From positions 1,329 to 65,328 of the forward strand of contig DATEAB010000045.1 of NCBI GenBank assembly GCA_035288545.1: a stretch of DNA of 64,000 nt, given 5' to 3'. The notes below the pieces were generated by a model that saw nothing but the letters and a program-made list of their open reading frames with translations, was not told the origin of the DNA and searched no databases. Source of the stretch: an archaeon (GTDB lineage Archaea > Aenigmatarchaeota > Aenigmatarchaeia > CG10238-14 > SCSR01). Positions 53,896-63,037 of this stretch are shown piece after piece. The number at the start of each line of letters is the position of its first letter. Position 1 is the stretch's first letter. Made by a program: the position numbers and the translations under genes.

Positions 53896-54903
53896 ATGCA
53901 GGAAGCGCAACTTTGGCATAAGGAGCGCAACGGGGTTCGATGCGAGCTTTGTGCAAGAAAATGTTTCATAGCAAAGGACAAGTTCGGCTATTGCTTGGTT
54001 CGAAAGAATGTCGACAACAAGCTTTACACAACAAATTTCGGAAAGATCCAGGACATTTCCTTTGACGCAGTCGAAAAACGGCCGCTGTTTCATTTTTTTC
54101 CAGCTAGCACCAACATGAGCTTGACAATTCCTGGCGACAATTTTCCGACCACGGACATAACGCAGCTTTACAAGGACAGAAAGCAGGAAGCGACAGTCGG
54201 GAAGGACTACACACCAGAAAATATCGTATCGATGGCAGAGGACAAGGGGGTCTTCGGCATAAGCTTCTCCGCCGCGGAACCGTTCATGCAGTTCGAATTC
54301 GCATATCGCGTGGCAAAGCTTTCCCATCGCAGCAATATAAAAAATATTCTTGTCACGAACGGCTTCACGACCGAAGAGGCCGTGAAAAAAATCGCGAAAT
54401 TTATTGACGCGGTTGTCATCAACCTCAAAGCCTCGCTCGACCCGGAATTCTATTCAAAATTTTTGGACGTCCATGACGTGAGGCCAATTTACGACATCAT
54501 AAAGCAGTTCAAAAAACAGCGCGTGCACATCGAAATCACAAACACGATAGTTCCGCAGGTTGGCGACAACACCGACCAGTGCAAAAAGGTTGCTGAGTGG
54601 ATTAACGCCGAGATAGGTTCTGAATTTCCAGTCCACATCATGCAGTTCCACTACGACCCTAAGCTTGCCGACATACCTATGACACCTGTTTCGACTTTGG
54701 AGAGATGCATAGAAGTCACAAACAACGCGGGAATCCGCTACGTTTACATCGGAGGAGTGCCAAAGCACGAAATGCAAAACACGATTTGTTACAATTGCCG
54801 GGAGCCTCTTGTCATTCGCGAGGGAAGCAAGGTGAAAAAAGTCCATTTGTCGAAAGACAGATGCCCGAATTGCGGACTGAGAATCAACATGATTGTCGAA
54901 TAA
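53896..54903 (+). CDS. PflA/AmmeMemoRadiSam-like protein lacking the canonical radical-SAM CxxxCxxC cluster motif
   Basis: 335 aa. N-terminal WHKERNGVRCELCARKCFIAKDKFGYCLVRKN...AVEKRPLFHFFPAS mirrors the COG1180 N-terminus (...iEKKPLyHFlPGS...). The expected GCNxxCxxCQN that follows is replaced by TNMSLTIPGDNFP, with no Cys. C-terminal Zn ribbon CYNCREP...CPNCG. Confidence 0.5.
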   Translation: MQEAQLWHKERNGVRCELCARKCFIAKDKFGYCLVRKNVDNKLYTTNFGKIQDISFDAVEKRPLFHFFPASTNMSLTIPGDNFPTTDITQLYKDRKQEATVGKDYTPENIVSMAEDKGVFGISFSAAEPFMQFEFAYRVAKLSHRSNIKNILVTNGFTTEEAVKKIAKFIDAVVINLKASLDPEFYSKFLDVHDVRPIYDIIKQFKKQRVHIEITNTIVPQVGDNTDQCKKVAEWINAEIGSEFPVHIMQFHYDPKLADIPMTPVSTLERCIEVTNNAGIRYVYIGGVPKHEMQNTICYNCREPLVIREGSKVKKVHLSKDRCPNCGLRINMIVE

Positions 54904-54968
54904 AAAGTAAAGAGTAGAGAGTAAGAAAGAACAGAAAAAAATAAAAGTTTAAGTGCGTTAAACTCTTT

Positions 54969-55934
54969 ATGTTCATTGTGAGGAATTTTTTTCCGACTGA
55001 AACAATTGCAGAGCAAAATGAAACTATTTCAATTTTTGCGTTCGCCGTTTTTTCCATTATCTTCCTGACTTTCTTCGTCGCCGTCGCATATGCGCAAGTC
55101 CAATTCTACGGAGTAAATGTTGATATCGACGACAAGCACAAATCGACAGTCCAGATGACGATAACATTTTCGCAGCCGGTGAAGGAATTCAATTTCACAA
55201 TCATCGGGAGCATCCAAAAATTCGGAGTGAACAGCACTTCAGGGTCGCAAAACTGTATTTTGAAGGTCACTGGTATCACCGTCATCAGCTGCAAGCTGAA
55301 TTTGACTCAGGAAAAGCGAACGATTATTCTTTCGTTCGAAACTTTTGATTTTGTGAAGGATCTTGACGGGAAGTTTTTCCTCGACACCGACTTTTCTCTG
55401 ACCAGAAACATCGAGCAGCTTTCCATGACAGTCCGTTTGCCTGAAGGAAAAGGCATTGTTTCTGAGGATGTACCGAACAGAATTTCGTTCCCTGAAGTGG
55501 CAAACATCATCAGCGACGGCCGTCACATTATCGTGAACTGGCGCTTCACTCAAACTCCTGCTACCCAGCCACTCAAGTTCCAGGTCCTCTACGAAACAAT
55601 CATTCTGCCGCCTCTCTTCGACATCCGCATTCGTTACGCCATCATCGCAGGTGCCGCGATAGGCCTCGTGTCGACATTTGTCTATCTCCGCTACTTCAGG
55701 AAGCCTGAGAAGCTCATCCTTTCCGTGCTTGACGAGTACGAGAGGAAGATTTTCGACCTCATAGTGGCTGCCGGAGGCACGGTCAACCAGAAGAAGATCG
55801 TTCAGGAAACCAATCTGAGCAAGGCCAAGGTCAGCCGCGTCGTCAAGAGCCTGGTTGGCAGGGGCGTGATCGAGGTCGAACGCATGGGCAGGACAAACAA
55901 GCTGAAAGTTCTAAAAAGGAAGTTCATGATGTAA
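54969..55934 (+). CDS. Membrane-anchored one-component regulator: secreted N-terminal domain, single TM, cytoplasmic winged HTH
   Basis: 321 aa. Signal/TM at residues 20-42, ~200-aa extracytoplasmic domain, TM AIIAGAAIGLVSTFVYL. C-terminus YERKIFDLIVAAGGTVNQKKIVQETNLSKAKVSRVVKSLVGRGVIEVERMG is a MarR/TrmB-type wHTH. Confidence 0.5.
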   Translation: MFIVRNFFPTETIAEQNETISIFAFAVFSIIFLTFFVAVAYAQVQFYGVNVDIDDKHKSTVQMTITFSQPVKEFNFTIIGSIQKFGVNSTSGSQNCILKVTGITVISCKLNLTQEKRTIILSFETFDFVKDLDGKFFLDTDFSLTRNIEQLSMTVRLPEGKGIVSEDVPNRISFPEVANIISDGRHIIVNWRFTQTPATQPLKFQVLYETIILPPLFDIRIRYAIIAGAAIGLVSTFVYLRYFRKPEKLILSVLDEYERKIFDLIVAAGGTVNQKKIVQETNLSKAKVSRVVKSLVGRGVIEVERMGRTNKLKVLKRKFMM

Positions 55935-56113
55935 CTTTTGAAGAAACGAAATAAACGGCGTCGGTTTATCGAGTTGTCTATGGGATTAATGATTTTTTGA
56001 AACTAGATTTTTAGAAGCACATATTTTAAAATATATTTAAAATTTGATACTTCGCAGCTAGAACCCTTCGTCGTCGTTGTCCTGTCTTCGTCCGTCTCAT
56101 CATTCTAAAGCTT

Positions 56114-56545
56114 ATGTGCCAATGTTGCCAAATAAAATTAATGAAGAAGTCCAGAGTGGCTGGAAAGGTGAAAAAGATAATGGCGGTTGACGTGCTTGCA
56201 CTGATCCTTGTGTCCGTTGCCTTGGGTGCCTTCGGCCAGATGTTCATGAAACTGGGGTTGAAGGAAAAGCCGATCGACCTGACGCAGCTTGCCTCTCTCA
56301 AGCTCTTCGACACGCTCTTTCAAAGGTATGTCTTCATCGGCGTCGTGCTTTACCTGATCGCTGTAATGCTATGGTTCGTCGTCCTTTCAAAAGCCGAGCT
56401 CAGCTTTGCCTATCCTCTCATATCTATTGCTTACATCATCACAGCCTTTATGGCGTATTTCGTCTTCGGCGAGCGCATTTCCGTATTCCGCTGGCTTGGC
56501 ATACTGCTTATTCTCGGCGGCGTTTTCCTCATTACCCGGGGCTGA
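56114..56545 (+). CDS. EamA/SMR-like 4-TM small transporter (DMT superfamily half-unit)
   Basis: 143 aa. Four hydrophobic helices with conserved charged residues in TM1 and TM3, as in EamA domains. True start probably internal (MKKSRVAG or MAVDVLAL). Confidence 0.5.
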   Translation: MCQCCQIKLMKKSRVAGKVKKIMAVDVLALILVSVALGAFGQMFMKLGLKEKPIDLTQLASLKLFDTLFQRYVFIGVVLYLIAVMLWFVVLSKAELSFAYPLISIAYIITAFMAYFVFGERISVFRWLGILLILGGVFLITRG

Positions 56546-56800
56546 AAGCTGGTTCTGGTCAGTTTTTGATCGTTTCAAGACAGTTTCAAGGCGGTTTTGA
56601 AGTTTTTGAGGATTGCAACATGAAAAGTTATTCCAAGCTTTATTTTTTAGTTTAGAGACTTATTTTGACCTTAGAAACAATTAGCAACTTTATTCCAGCT
56701 ACTAGCAACTATTAGAAGCGTTCAATCACACTCAGAAAATAGTTCGTAAATTGTTTCAAGGAGTTTTTATATCCTATTAAATAGAAATAGATAATAAGAA

Positions 56801-56843
56801 AACCCGAGTATCCTTATCCTACGGGCTATATTACACTCGGGTT
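56801..56843. promoter_or_regulatory. 9-bp perfect inverted repeat (AACCCGAGT...ACTCGGGTT) about 50 nt upstream of the surface-protein gene
   Basis: aacccgagtatccttatcctacgggctatattacactcgggtt, read directly. Lies between an AT-rich putative promoter and the RBS (AGAGGG) of the 56891 gene. Confidence 0.4.
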
Positions 56844-56890
56844 AAAATGCCTGTGGGATATGGAGAAAGCCAAAAAGAGGGTTAATAAAA

Positions 56891-59197
56891 ATGAAAATGA
56901 AATTCGACTATGAAAAGACAATTGCAGGATTCATGGCTGCATTGTTAGCTACAACGCCAATTGCGTTCGCAGCTGCTAATGTCGGCACTGCCTTCAGCAC
57001 GCTCGGTACCAACGGTTCCTTGGATGCTGTGGTGGTCGTCGGTTCAGGTGCTGCTGCCTCGGACGTAGCTGGTGCTGTAGACATAGCGGCAAGAATGGCA
57101 GAACTATCCTACACAAAGACATCCACTACTGGTGGTTCTGACGTTAACGGGCTCTCAAAGGATGGAGTGACACTCTGTACTCAGGCAACACCTGAGACAA
57201 ACTGTCAATTGATTGACGGTACAAACGCATTCCCATCTTCAGGAGTCGTTAAGACGTTCCATTACACAGGACTCAAAGACGCCTCATTCGGATGGAGAGG
57301 TGACGATTACGACATCAGGGAACAGGTCGACGTCTCGGCAGTAACGATGAGACACAGCTGGTCATCCAGCGATATCAACGGTACTCCGAAGATGCAGATT
57401 GACTCTGGAGACGTCATCTACGAATGGGTTGCTGAAGAGCTCCTGAACGGAACTGGTTCAAGCGGTTCGAAGAACTACACGTATCCGGTTTACATAACGA
57501 TGCTAGGCAAAACATTTGCCATAGTGTCAACAAACGCGGATAACAGCTTCACTGCCTTGTCCGGTTCGATTGGAACAGCGACAGCTACCAGCGGTGTTAC
57601 ATACGGTGACTACACAGTCTATTCAGACCTAGCAAAGGACAATTCCTGGGCTAGAATAATAATCAAAGACGCCAATGGCAACACAGTCGACACTAAGGTC
57701 ACAAACGAGGGAGACTCGTATGACTCTAGCACGCTCGGCTTGACAGTAAAAGTTACAGATGTTAGAGCCCTTGACGATGGTACTGTAGTTGGTACAGACG
57801 TTACCTTTGGTCCGAAGGGAACGACTGAACACAGATTCGATACTTCAGCTGATACAACCTCAACAGGAACTGAATCAGACAGATTCCCAGGTGAAACAGA
57901 TTGGGGTATTAGAACAGGTTCAGGATTCTTCCCGGCAGGAACTGCTGGAAGCATTCCAGTCAATTCCAAGATCCAGGTAGTCTATCAGCCAACTAATACA
58001 AAGTACCTCAAGCAAGGTGAGAAGCTCGTGTTACCGAACACTTACGCGGAACTCGGCTATCTCGGCTACAACACTGACAAATTCGCCACAATAACAATAA
58101 GAACAGTTACTTCCCAGACCGCATACAACTATTCGGCTGACACTCAGTCGTTCGGAAACCTCAACGGTTTCGCGATCGAGTCTGACGTTTCTGGCTCAAT
58201 AATTGCGAACGGTGGCAATGCCTACACAAAGGCATATGTCCTGTTCAACAGGTCTTACGGAAACGGGAATGAACCTATGTTCCCAGTATTCTTCGGTTAC
58301 TATGATCAAGGTAAGCAGAAGATACTGATTAACGGAACTGTGCAACAGAACAACACAATAACAGTGGCTGAATACGTCAGCAAGCTGATCAACGGCAATG
58401 CCCCAGCGGACAACGCCACGTACGCTTTCAAGTTAAACTATGGAAGCGTGGGTGAGAACGATTGGTACCTGAACGTTAGCGTCAATTCGACGGGTAACTT
58501 AATCAGGGTATTCGGAGCTGGAACTGTAGGTGCGTCAATAAACATGACATACCAGAACAAGACTGTGTGGGATTCCTCAACTACACCAGAGTTCCGTTTG
58601 GGAGGAACTGCTGCTTCCTCTGATCCAGAAGACGTGAAGGTTACCACAGAAGGTACCGCCGAACAGAAGGCAGGAGAAACTGTTCAGGACGTCTTGGATG
58701 ACAGTGGAATAATAGTAGTTAATGCCGACGGAAACGCCAATGGTGACAAGGTAGTTCTGAAAGTCCCATCAAAGACACTGACAAACAAAGTCTACTTCGG
58801 TAAGCTCGGTGCCACAAGCACTGGCGGAACAGTCAACGCAGTCGTCCCAGTGAAGTCTGCGGTTGCGGTTCTCGACACTGAAGTGACTGCCGCGCACAAG
58901 GCTAAGAACATGGTGGCCGTTGGAGGCCCATGCGTGAACTCCGTGGTTGCTGATCTAGCAGCTTCTGGAAAGTTCAAGTACTCATGTTCTGGCTGGCCAG
59001 GCAGGGACTTTGGTTTCATCTCTGTCCACGATGGTGGATTCACTACTGGAAAGGTAGTCGTAGTAGTTGCTGGTACTCGCGCAGCTGACACAAGGCTCGC
59101 GTCGACAGTATTCCAGCAGCAAGACTTGCTAACCGGTAGGACAGACGCCGCAGTTGAAATAACATCGGCCACAGCAGCTGGTATAACTGCAGGTTAA
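56891..59197 (+). CDS. Probable S-layer / major cell-surface glycoprotein
   Basis: 768 aa. Signal peptide MKMKFDYEKTIAGFMAALLATTPIAFAAANVG. Gly/Thr/Ser/Ala-rich with many N-x-S/T sequons. Local GC is higher with biased codon usage, consistent with high expression. Strong RBS and a downstream terminator-like hairpin. Confidence 0.45.
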   Translation: MKMKFDYEKTIAGFMAALLATTPIAFAAANVGTAFSTLGTNGSLDAVVVVGSGAAASDVAGAVDIAARMAELSYTKTSTTGGSDVNGLSKDGVTLCTQATPETNCQLIDGTNAFPSSGVVKTFHYTGLKDASFGWRGDDYDIREQVDVSAVTMRHSWSSSDINGTPKMQIDSGDVIYEWVAEELLNGTGSSGSKNYTYPVYITMLGKTFAIVSTNADNSFTALSGSIGTATATSGVTYGDYTVYSDLAKDNSWARIIIKDANGNTVDTKVTNEGDSYDSSTLGLTVKVTDVRALDDGTVVGTDVTFGPKGTTEHRFDTSADTTSTGTESDRFPGETDWGIRTGSGFFPAGTAGSIPVNSKIQVVYQPTNTKYLKQGEKLVLPNTYAELGYLGYNTDKFATITIRTVTSQTAYNYSADTQSFGNLNGFAIESDVSGSIIANGGNAYTKAYVLFNRSYGNGNEPMFPVFFGYYDQGKQKILINGTVQQNNTITVAEYVSKLINGNAPADNATYAFKLNYGSVGENDWYLNVSVNSTGNLIRVFGAGTVGASINMTYQNKTVWDSSTTPEFRLGGTAASSDPEDVKVTTEGTAEQKAGETVQDVLDDSGIIVVNADGNANGDKVVLKVPSKTLTNKVYFGKLGATSTGGTVNAVVPVKSAVAVLDTEVTAAHKAKNMVAVGGPCVNSVVADLAASGKFKYSCSGWPGRDFGFISVHDGGFTTGKVVVVVAGTRAADTRLASTVFQQQDLLTGRTDAAVEITSATAAGITAG

Positions 59198-59247
59198 ACT
59201 TCGTTTAACTGTAGCAACAGCTGGTCCTGAGAAAACACGAAAAACTT

Positions 59248-59285
59248 TTGTGGCGTAAAGCCACAACTTTCTTTCTTCTTTTTCT
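59248..59285 (+). terminator. Stem-loop followed by a T-rich tract downstream of the surface-protein gene
   Basis: ttGTGGCgtaaaGCCACaactttctttcttctttttc: 5-bp GC-rich stem, 5-nt loop, oligo-T. Confidence 0.4.
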
Positions 59286-59414
59286 AAAAATTTAATTTCA
59301 ACTTCCACGCAATTCTAAAAATCAAATCAACATCTGGCGAAAGCCATACATCTCGAAAAGGTTAAAGAGCTTTTAAGAGAAAATCATAAGAGAAATCATA
59401 AAGCGAGGGCTAAA

Positions 59415-60023
59415 ATGGCAGAGGATGAAAAAAAGAAGGTCAAGGTCAAATTCAAAGTGACAAGAAACAGGATGATAACTGCGGGATTTATAATTTCAGG
59501 AGTCGTCATTGCCTACCTGTATGCGTTGTACGTGCCGAAGCCGGTTTATTCGGTCGATTATAGAGATACGGGCGTCATCCTCAATTTCCGAGTAGACTTG
59601 AGGGAGGCAGACAAAATCCCCGTAGATCCGGGACCAGATCAGGTTTACACGGAAATCGTCAATCCGCTTGTGAAAAACATTACAATAGTTTACAAACCAA
59701 CAGGAAATGAAACAGAGGACAGGTATTACGCGATTGAAGCGTTTGAAATTACTGAAAAGATGAAACTGGGACTGTATGCAAGAAAAATAACTGATGTCGG
59801 AATAGACGCAAAACCCCTCTCGTATTTCAACAGGACGACATACGACAATCTTCCCGGAAAAATCCAGCATCCCCTCATAGCGATTGTGCATCCGATTTAC
59901 GGAAACCAGACGCGCGTCGTTTCAGCCCCAGGCCATGTCGTCTACATTGAGGCGACATCGTATCGCGACCTTGATCTTGCAGTGGTCAAATTTTTAATAT
60001 CTGCTTTAAGGATAAAATTCTAA
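59415..60023 (+). CDS. N-terminally membrane-anchored hypothetical protein
   Basis: 202 aa. K-rich N-terminus, one TM (ITAGFIISGVVIAYLYALYV), extracytoplasmic remainder. Confidence 0.35.
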   Translation: MAEDEKKKVKVKFKVTRNRMITAGFIISGVVIAYLYALYVPKPVYSVDYRDTGVILNFRVDLREADKIPVDPGPDQVYTEIVNPLVKNITIVYKPTGNETEDRYYAIEAFEITEKMKLGLYARKITDVGIDAKPLSYFNRTTYDNLPGKIQHPLIAIVHPIYGNQTRVVSAPGHVVYIEATSYRDLDLAVVKFLISALRIKF

Positions 60024-60054
60024 TTATCAATTATCAGTAGCGATGTGACGATTA

Positions 60055-61383
60055 ATGTTAGCTGAAATGTTGTTCGACGCCGAAATTTACAGGCTGACCC
60101 TTTGGACTGCCCTTCTCGTTCTTGGCATTGTCGCTTTTTGGAATCTTATTTACATCAGGGGAAGAAAAAAAGTCCTCAACGAAGTTTATTCCGACTATGA
60201 GCCTTCGGTCTCGGTGGTCATTCCGGCGTTCAACGAGCAGAAAACGATTGAAAAGACTCTCAAAAATATTTTCGATTCCGATTATCCTCCCGGCAGTCTG
60301 GAGATTCTTGTAGTAAACGACGGTTCGACTGACAAAACGGAAAAAAATGTCAAGGACTTCATCAAAAAATTCGACGCAAGGAACATTGTGAAAATCATCA
60401 ACATGAAGGCGAACGTCGGCAAGTGCGCGGCTTTGAATTTCGGAGTCGAGCACGCGAGCGGCGAGGTTGTCATAACTACCGACGCTGACACTATTTTCAA
60501 TAAAGACTCGGTAAGGAAGCTTGTCGCGGGTTTTGCCGACGAGAAGGTCGGAGCGATCGCAGGTTACTACAAGGCCAACCAGTCGCTGACGTTTTCGGAC
60601 GCAATCCGCTTTCTCAAGCACCATGACTTCAAGAAATTCAGCCACTACTTTTTGGAAAAATTCCAGAACCTCGAATATATCTTGTTCCTTTTCACGCGCA
60701 AGAGGCAGGAAATCCTCGACGCTATCATGGTAGTTCCAGGCGCAATCGGCGCGTTCAGGAAGGACGTTCTGCGAAAAATCGGTGGCTTCGACGAGAAAAT
60801 TTTAATCGAGGATTACGACATAACGCTGAAGGTCCACAAGGCAGGCTACCTAGTGAAGTGCTACAAGGACGCAGAGGCAAGCACCACTCCTCCGCAGACG
60901 TGGAAGGAACTAATCGGTCAGCGCATTCGATGGTACCGCGGCGGACTGCAAGTCATGGCAAAGCATTCCGACCTTCTACGCTCGCGCCACGGCTTCGTCT
61001 CGTTTGTTTTCGGATTTGAATATGTGAACGTAGTTCTGCAGTTCTTGATATGGTCCCTATTTTTTTCAGGAATTTTCTACAAGGTCTTTATTCTTCAAGA
61101 AAGTATTTTATTCCTGCTGATGCAGTGGATAAACAGGATCATCTCGCTTCAGTTCCAGCTCTTCGACTACATTCTTTTCGTCGCAGCAGTCCTCTTCCTC
61201 ATCGGCATGTTCGAAGCCATCCAGTCAGTCAAACTATCGCGCGCAAGCAGGAAAACTCTCCTCTTCTATCCTCTTTTAGGAATTTATGCGATGTTCCTCG
61301 GCTACGTCTGGCTCTATTCATTCCTCGCCCACGTCACTCGCAGGAAAATTTCCTATGCCGGCCGCGGATGGAAAGGCCGCTGA
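60055..61383 (+). CDS. Processive family-2 glycosyltransferase (cellulose/chitin/hyaluronan-synthase-like) with C-terminal TM helices
   Basis: 442 aa. VSVVIPAFNEQ...LVVNDGSTD (DxD), ITTDADT, and GQRIRWYRGG, the Q(R/Q)xRW motif of processive beta-glycan synthases. N-terminal TM plus 3-4 C-terminal TMs. Confidence 0.75.
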   Translation: MLAEMLFDAEIYRLTLWTALLVLGIVAFWNLIYIRGRKKVLNEVYSDYEPSVSVVIPAFNEQKTIEKTLKNIFDSDYPPGSLEILVVNDGSTDKTEKNVKDFIKKFDARNIVKIINMKANVGKCAALNFGVEHASGEVVITTDADTIFNKDSVRKLVAGFADEKVGAIAGYYKANQSLTFSDAIRFLKHHDFKKFSHYFLEKFQNLEYILFLFTRKRQEILDAIMVVPGAIGAFRKDVLRKIGGFDEKILIEDYDITLKVHKAGYLVKCYKDAEASTTPPQTWKELIGQRIRWYRGGLQVMAKHSDLLRSRHGFVSFVFGFEYVNVVLQFLIWSLFFSGIFYKVFILQESILFLLMQWINRIISLQFQLFDYILFVAAVLFLIGMFEAIQSVKLSRASRKTLLFYPLLGIYAMFLGYVWLYSFLAHVTRRKISYAGRGWKGR

Positions 61384-61401
61384 TTTTTCCAGCTAATTTT
61401 T

Positions 61402-61743
61402 TCAGAGCAGCTTCAGCTTTCTCGTAATCTTGTCAATTTTTTTCGAGTCGGCAGGCCCGATGCCAATCGCAGTTATCGTCCCTTTCTTCAGCTGCGTCTT
61501 TCCCGCGTCTCTCACCAAAAAGTTCGGCAGCCTTGCAGCCTTTATTTTTTTGCAAATGACATTGAACTCCTTCAAGTCATTCACGCGCACGACGATCTTC
61601 ATCGCCCCTTCCTTGTTCCATCTCTTTACAATTTCAGCATCAGCAGCAAAAGCAGCACCAACAGCAGCATGTGAGCAATGAGCAGCTAACTTTCCTTTTC
61701 CCCAATCCAAGTCGCGACGCACGACAATAACTTGCTTCAGCAT
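61402..61743 (-). CDS. pth2: Peptidyl-tRNA hydrolase, archaeal type (Pth2)
   Basis: 113 aa. MLKQVIVVRRDLDWGKGKLAAHCSHAAVGA...KIVVRV...DAGKTQL...TITAIGIGPA matches the Pth2 fold. Confidence 0.85.
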   Translation of the reverse strand: MLKQVIVVRRDLDWGKGKLAAHCSHAAVGAAFAADAEIVKRWNKEGAMKIVVRVNDLKEFNVICKKIKAARLPNFLVRDAGKTQLKKGTITAIGIGPADSKKIDKITRKLKLL

Positions 61744-61796
61744 ATTTCTTCTTGGGATTTTTATGAAATAAAAGCGAATTATTTAGAAGGATTTTT

Positions 61797-62141
61797 ATGC
61801 AGGAAGACGACTCAACAACTCCGGAAAATGCAGCAGAAACACAACAGCCTCAGCAGCCACAACAACCTACTCAGCATCCTCAGCAACCGCAACAGCCGCA
61901 ACAGCCACAGCAAATCAACGACGGAATGGAAAAAATAATTCTCGAGGAAATCGCAAGACGGCTCGTGGTGAAAAAGGAAGAGCTGGTCCAATTTCTCGAA
62001 GGCAAGACCGCAAATCCTGTCTCGGTTGTCAAAGACGTCACGAAAAAACTGATCAGCGAGCAGCTCGTGACGAACGTGGATCCTGTCAGCATGTCCTCAT
62101 ACGCAATCACGCAGAAAGGAATGCGAGCCGCGAAAGTGTAA
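61797..62141 (+). CDS. Hypothetical protein with Gln/Pro-rich N-terminus (QQPQQP repeats) and a small alpha-helical, possibly DNA-binding, C-terminal domain
   Basis: 114 aa. The repeats are encoded by tandem cag-cc(a/g) codon repeats at 61850-61915. Confidence 0.35.
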   Translation: MQEDDSTTPENAAETQQPQQPQQPTQHPQQPQQPQQPQQINDGMEKIILEEIARRLVVKKEELVQFLEGKTANPVSVVKDVTKKLISEQLVTNVDPVSMSSYAITQKGMRAAKV

Positions 62142-62209
62142 GTAAGGCAAATCGTCGAAAGTTAAGCTTTAAATTCTTCATAAATTATTTTATCGTAGTT
62201 TCAGTAGAC

Positions 62210-62330
62210 AGTCCCGTCGTCTAGTGGCCAAGGACATGAGGCTTTGGACTTTTGGTCACAAAGCTCTGATTGCGAGATGAAGCAGAAAGGAAGATCCCTC
62301 AAAACGTCGGTTCGAATCCGGCCGGGACTA
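62210..62330 (+). tRNA. tRNA-Gln(TTG) with a ~47-nt insertion in the anticodon loop
   Basis: AGTCCCG-TC-GTCTAGTGGCCAAGGAC-A-TGAGG-CTTTGGA-[47 nt]-CCTCA-AAAC-GTCGGTTCGAATCCGGC-CGGGACT-A. Perfect anticodon stem TGAGG/CCTCA. The loop CUUUGGA is the canonical Gln(UUG) loop. Confidence 0.65.
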
Positions 62331-62367
62331 TTTTTTATTTTTTAACTAGCAAAACAAAATTTTTACA

Positions 62368-63030
62368 ATGGCAACATCACTACTCGCTGACCTAATCAAT
62401 TTCATTCTACACATCGACCAGAGCCTCAGCGCGTTGATTCAGACTTTCGGGTTGTGGACTTACGCTATTTTGTTTGCGGTAATTTTTGCAGAGACTGGCC
62501 TTGTCGTGGCTCCTTTCTTTCCCGGCGACTCCCTCCTTTTCGTCGCTGGCACTTTCGCTGCCCAGAGTTCGTTGGATATCATGTGGCTGTTCATTGCGCT
62601 TTCGGCCGCTGCGATTGCTGGGGACACTGCAAACTATTGGTTAGGACATTACCTCGGTCCGAAAGTTTTCACGAAGCAGAAGTCGCGATTCTTCAAGAAG
62701 GAATATTTGCAGAGGGCGCGCGAGTTTTACAAGAAGCACGGAGGCAAGACAATTATCATCGCGCGTTTCGTGCCGATCATCCGCACGTTCGCCCCGTTCG
62801 TCGCAGGCATAGGCGAGATGAGCTACAGAAAATTCTTGACATACAACGTCGTCGGAGGAATCGCGTGGGTCGCTATATTTCTCTTCGCCGGCTATTATTT
62901 CGGCACTCTTCAGGTCGTCCGCGACAATCTCTCAGTCGCGATCATCCTCATCATCGTCGTCTCTCTCATCCCAGTGATTCTGGAAGTCGTCAGGGAAAAA
63001 AGAAAAATAAAATCAAAGAAAAAGAAGTGA
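62368..63030 (+). CDS. DedA/SNARE-associated (TVP38/TMEM64) family membrane protein
   Basis: 220 aa. ...GHYLGPKVF...FYKKHGGKTIIIARFVPIIRTFAPFVAGIGEMSYRKF... is the DedA signature. Confidence 0.75.
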   Translation: MATSLLADLINFILHIDQSLSALIQTFGLWTYAILFAVIFAETGLVVAPFFPGDSLLFVAGTFAAQSSLDIMWLFIALSAAAIAGDTANYWLGHYLGPKVFTKQKSRFFKKEYLQRAREFYKKHGGKTIIIARFVPIIRTFAPFVAGIGEMSYRKFLTYNVVGGIAWVAIFLFAGYYFGTLQVVRDNLSVAIILIIVVSLIPVILEVVREKRKIKSKKKK

Positions 63031-63037
63031 AATAATT

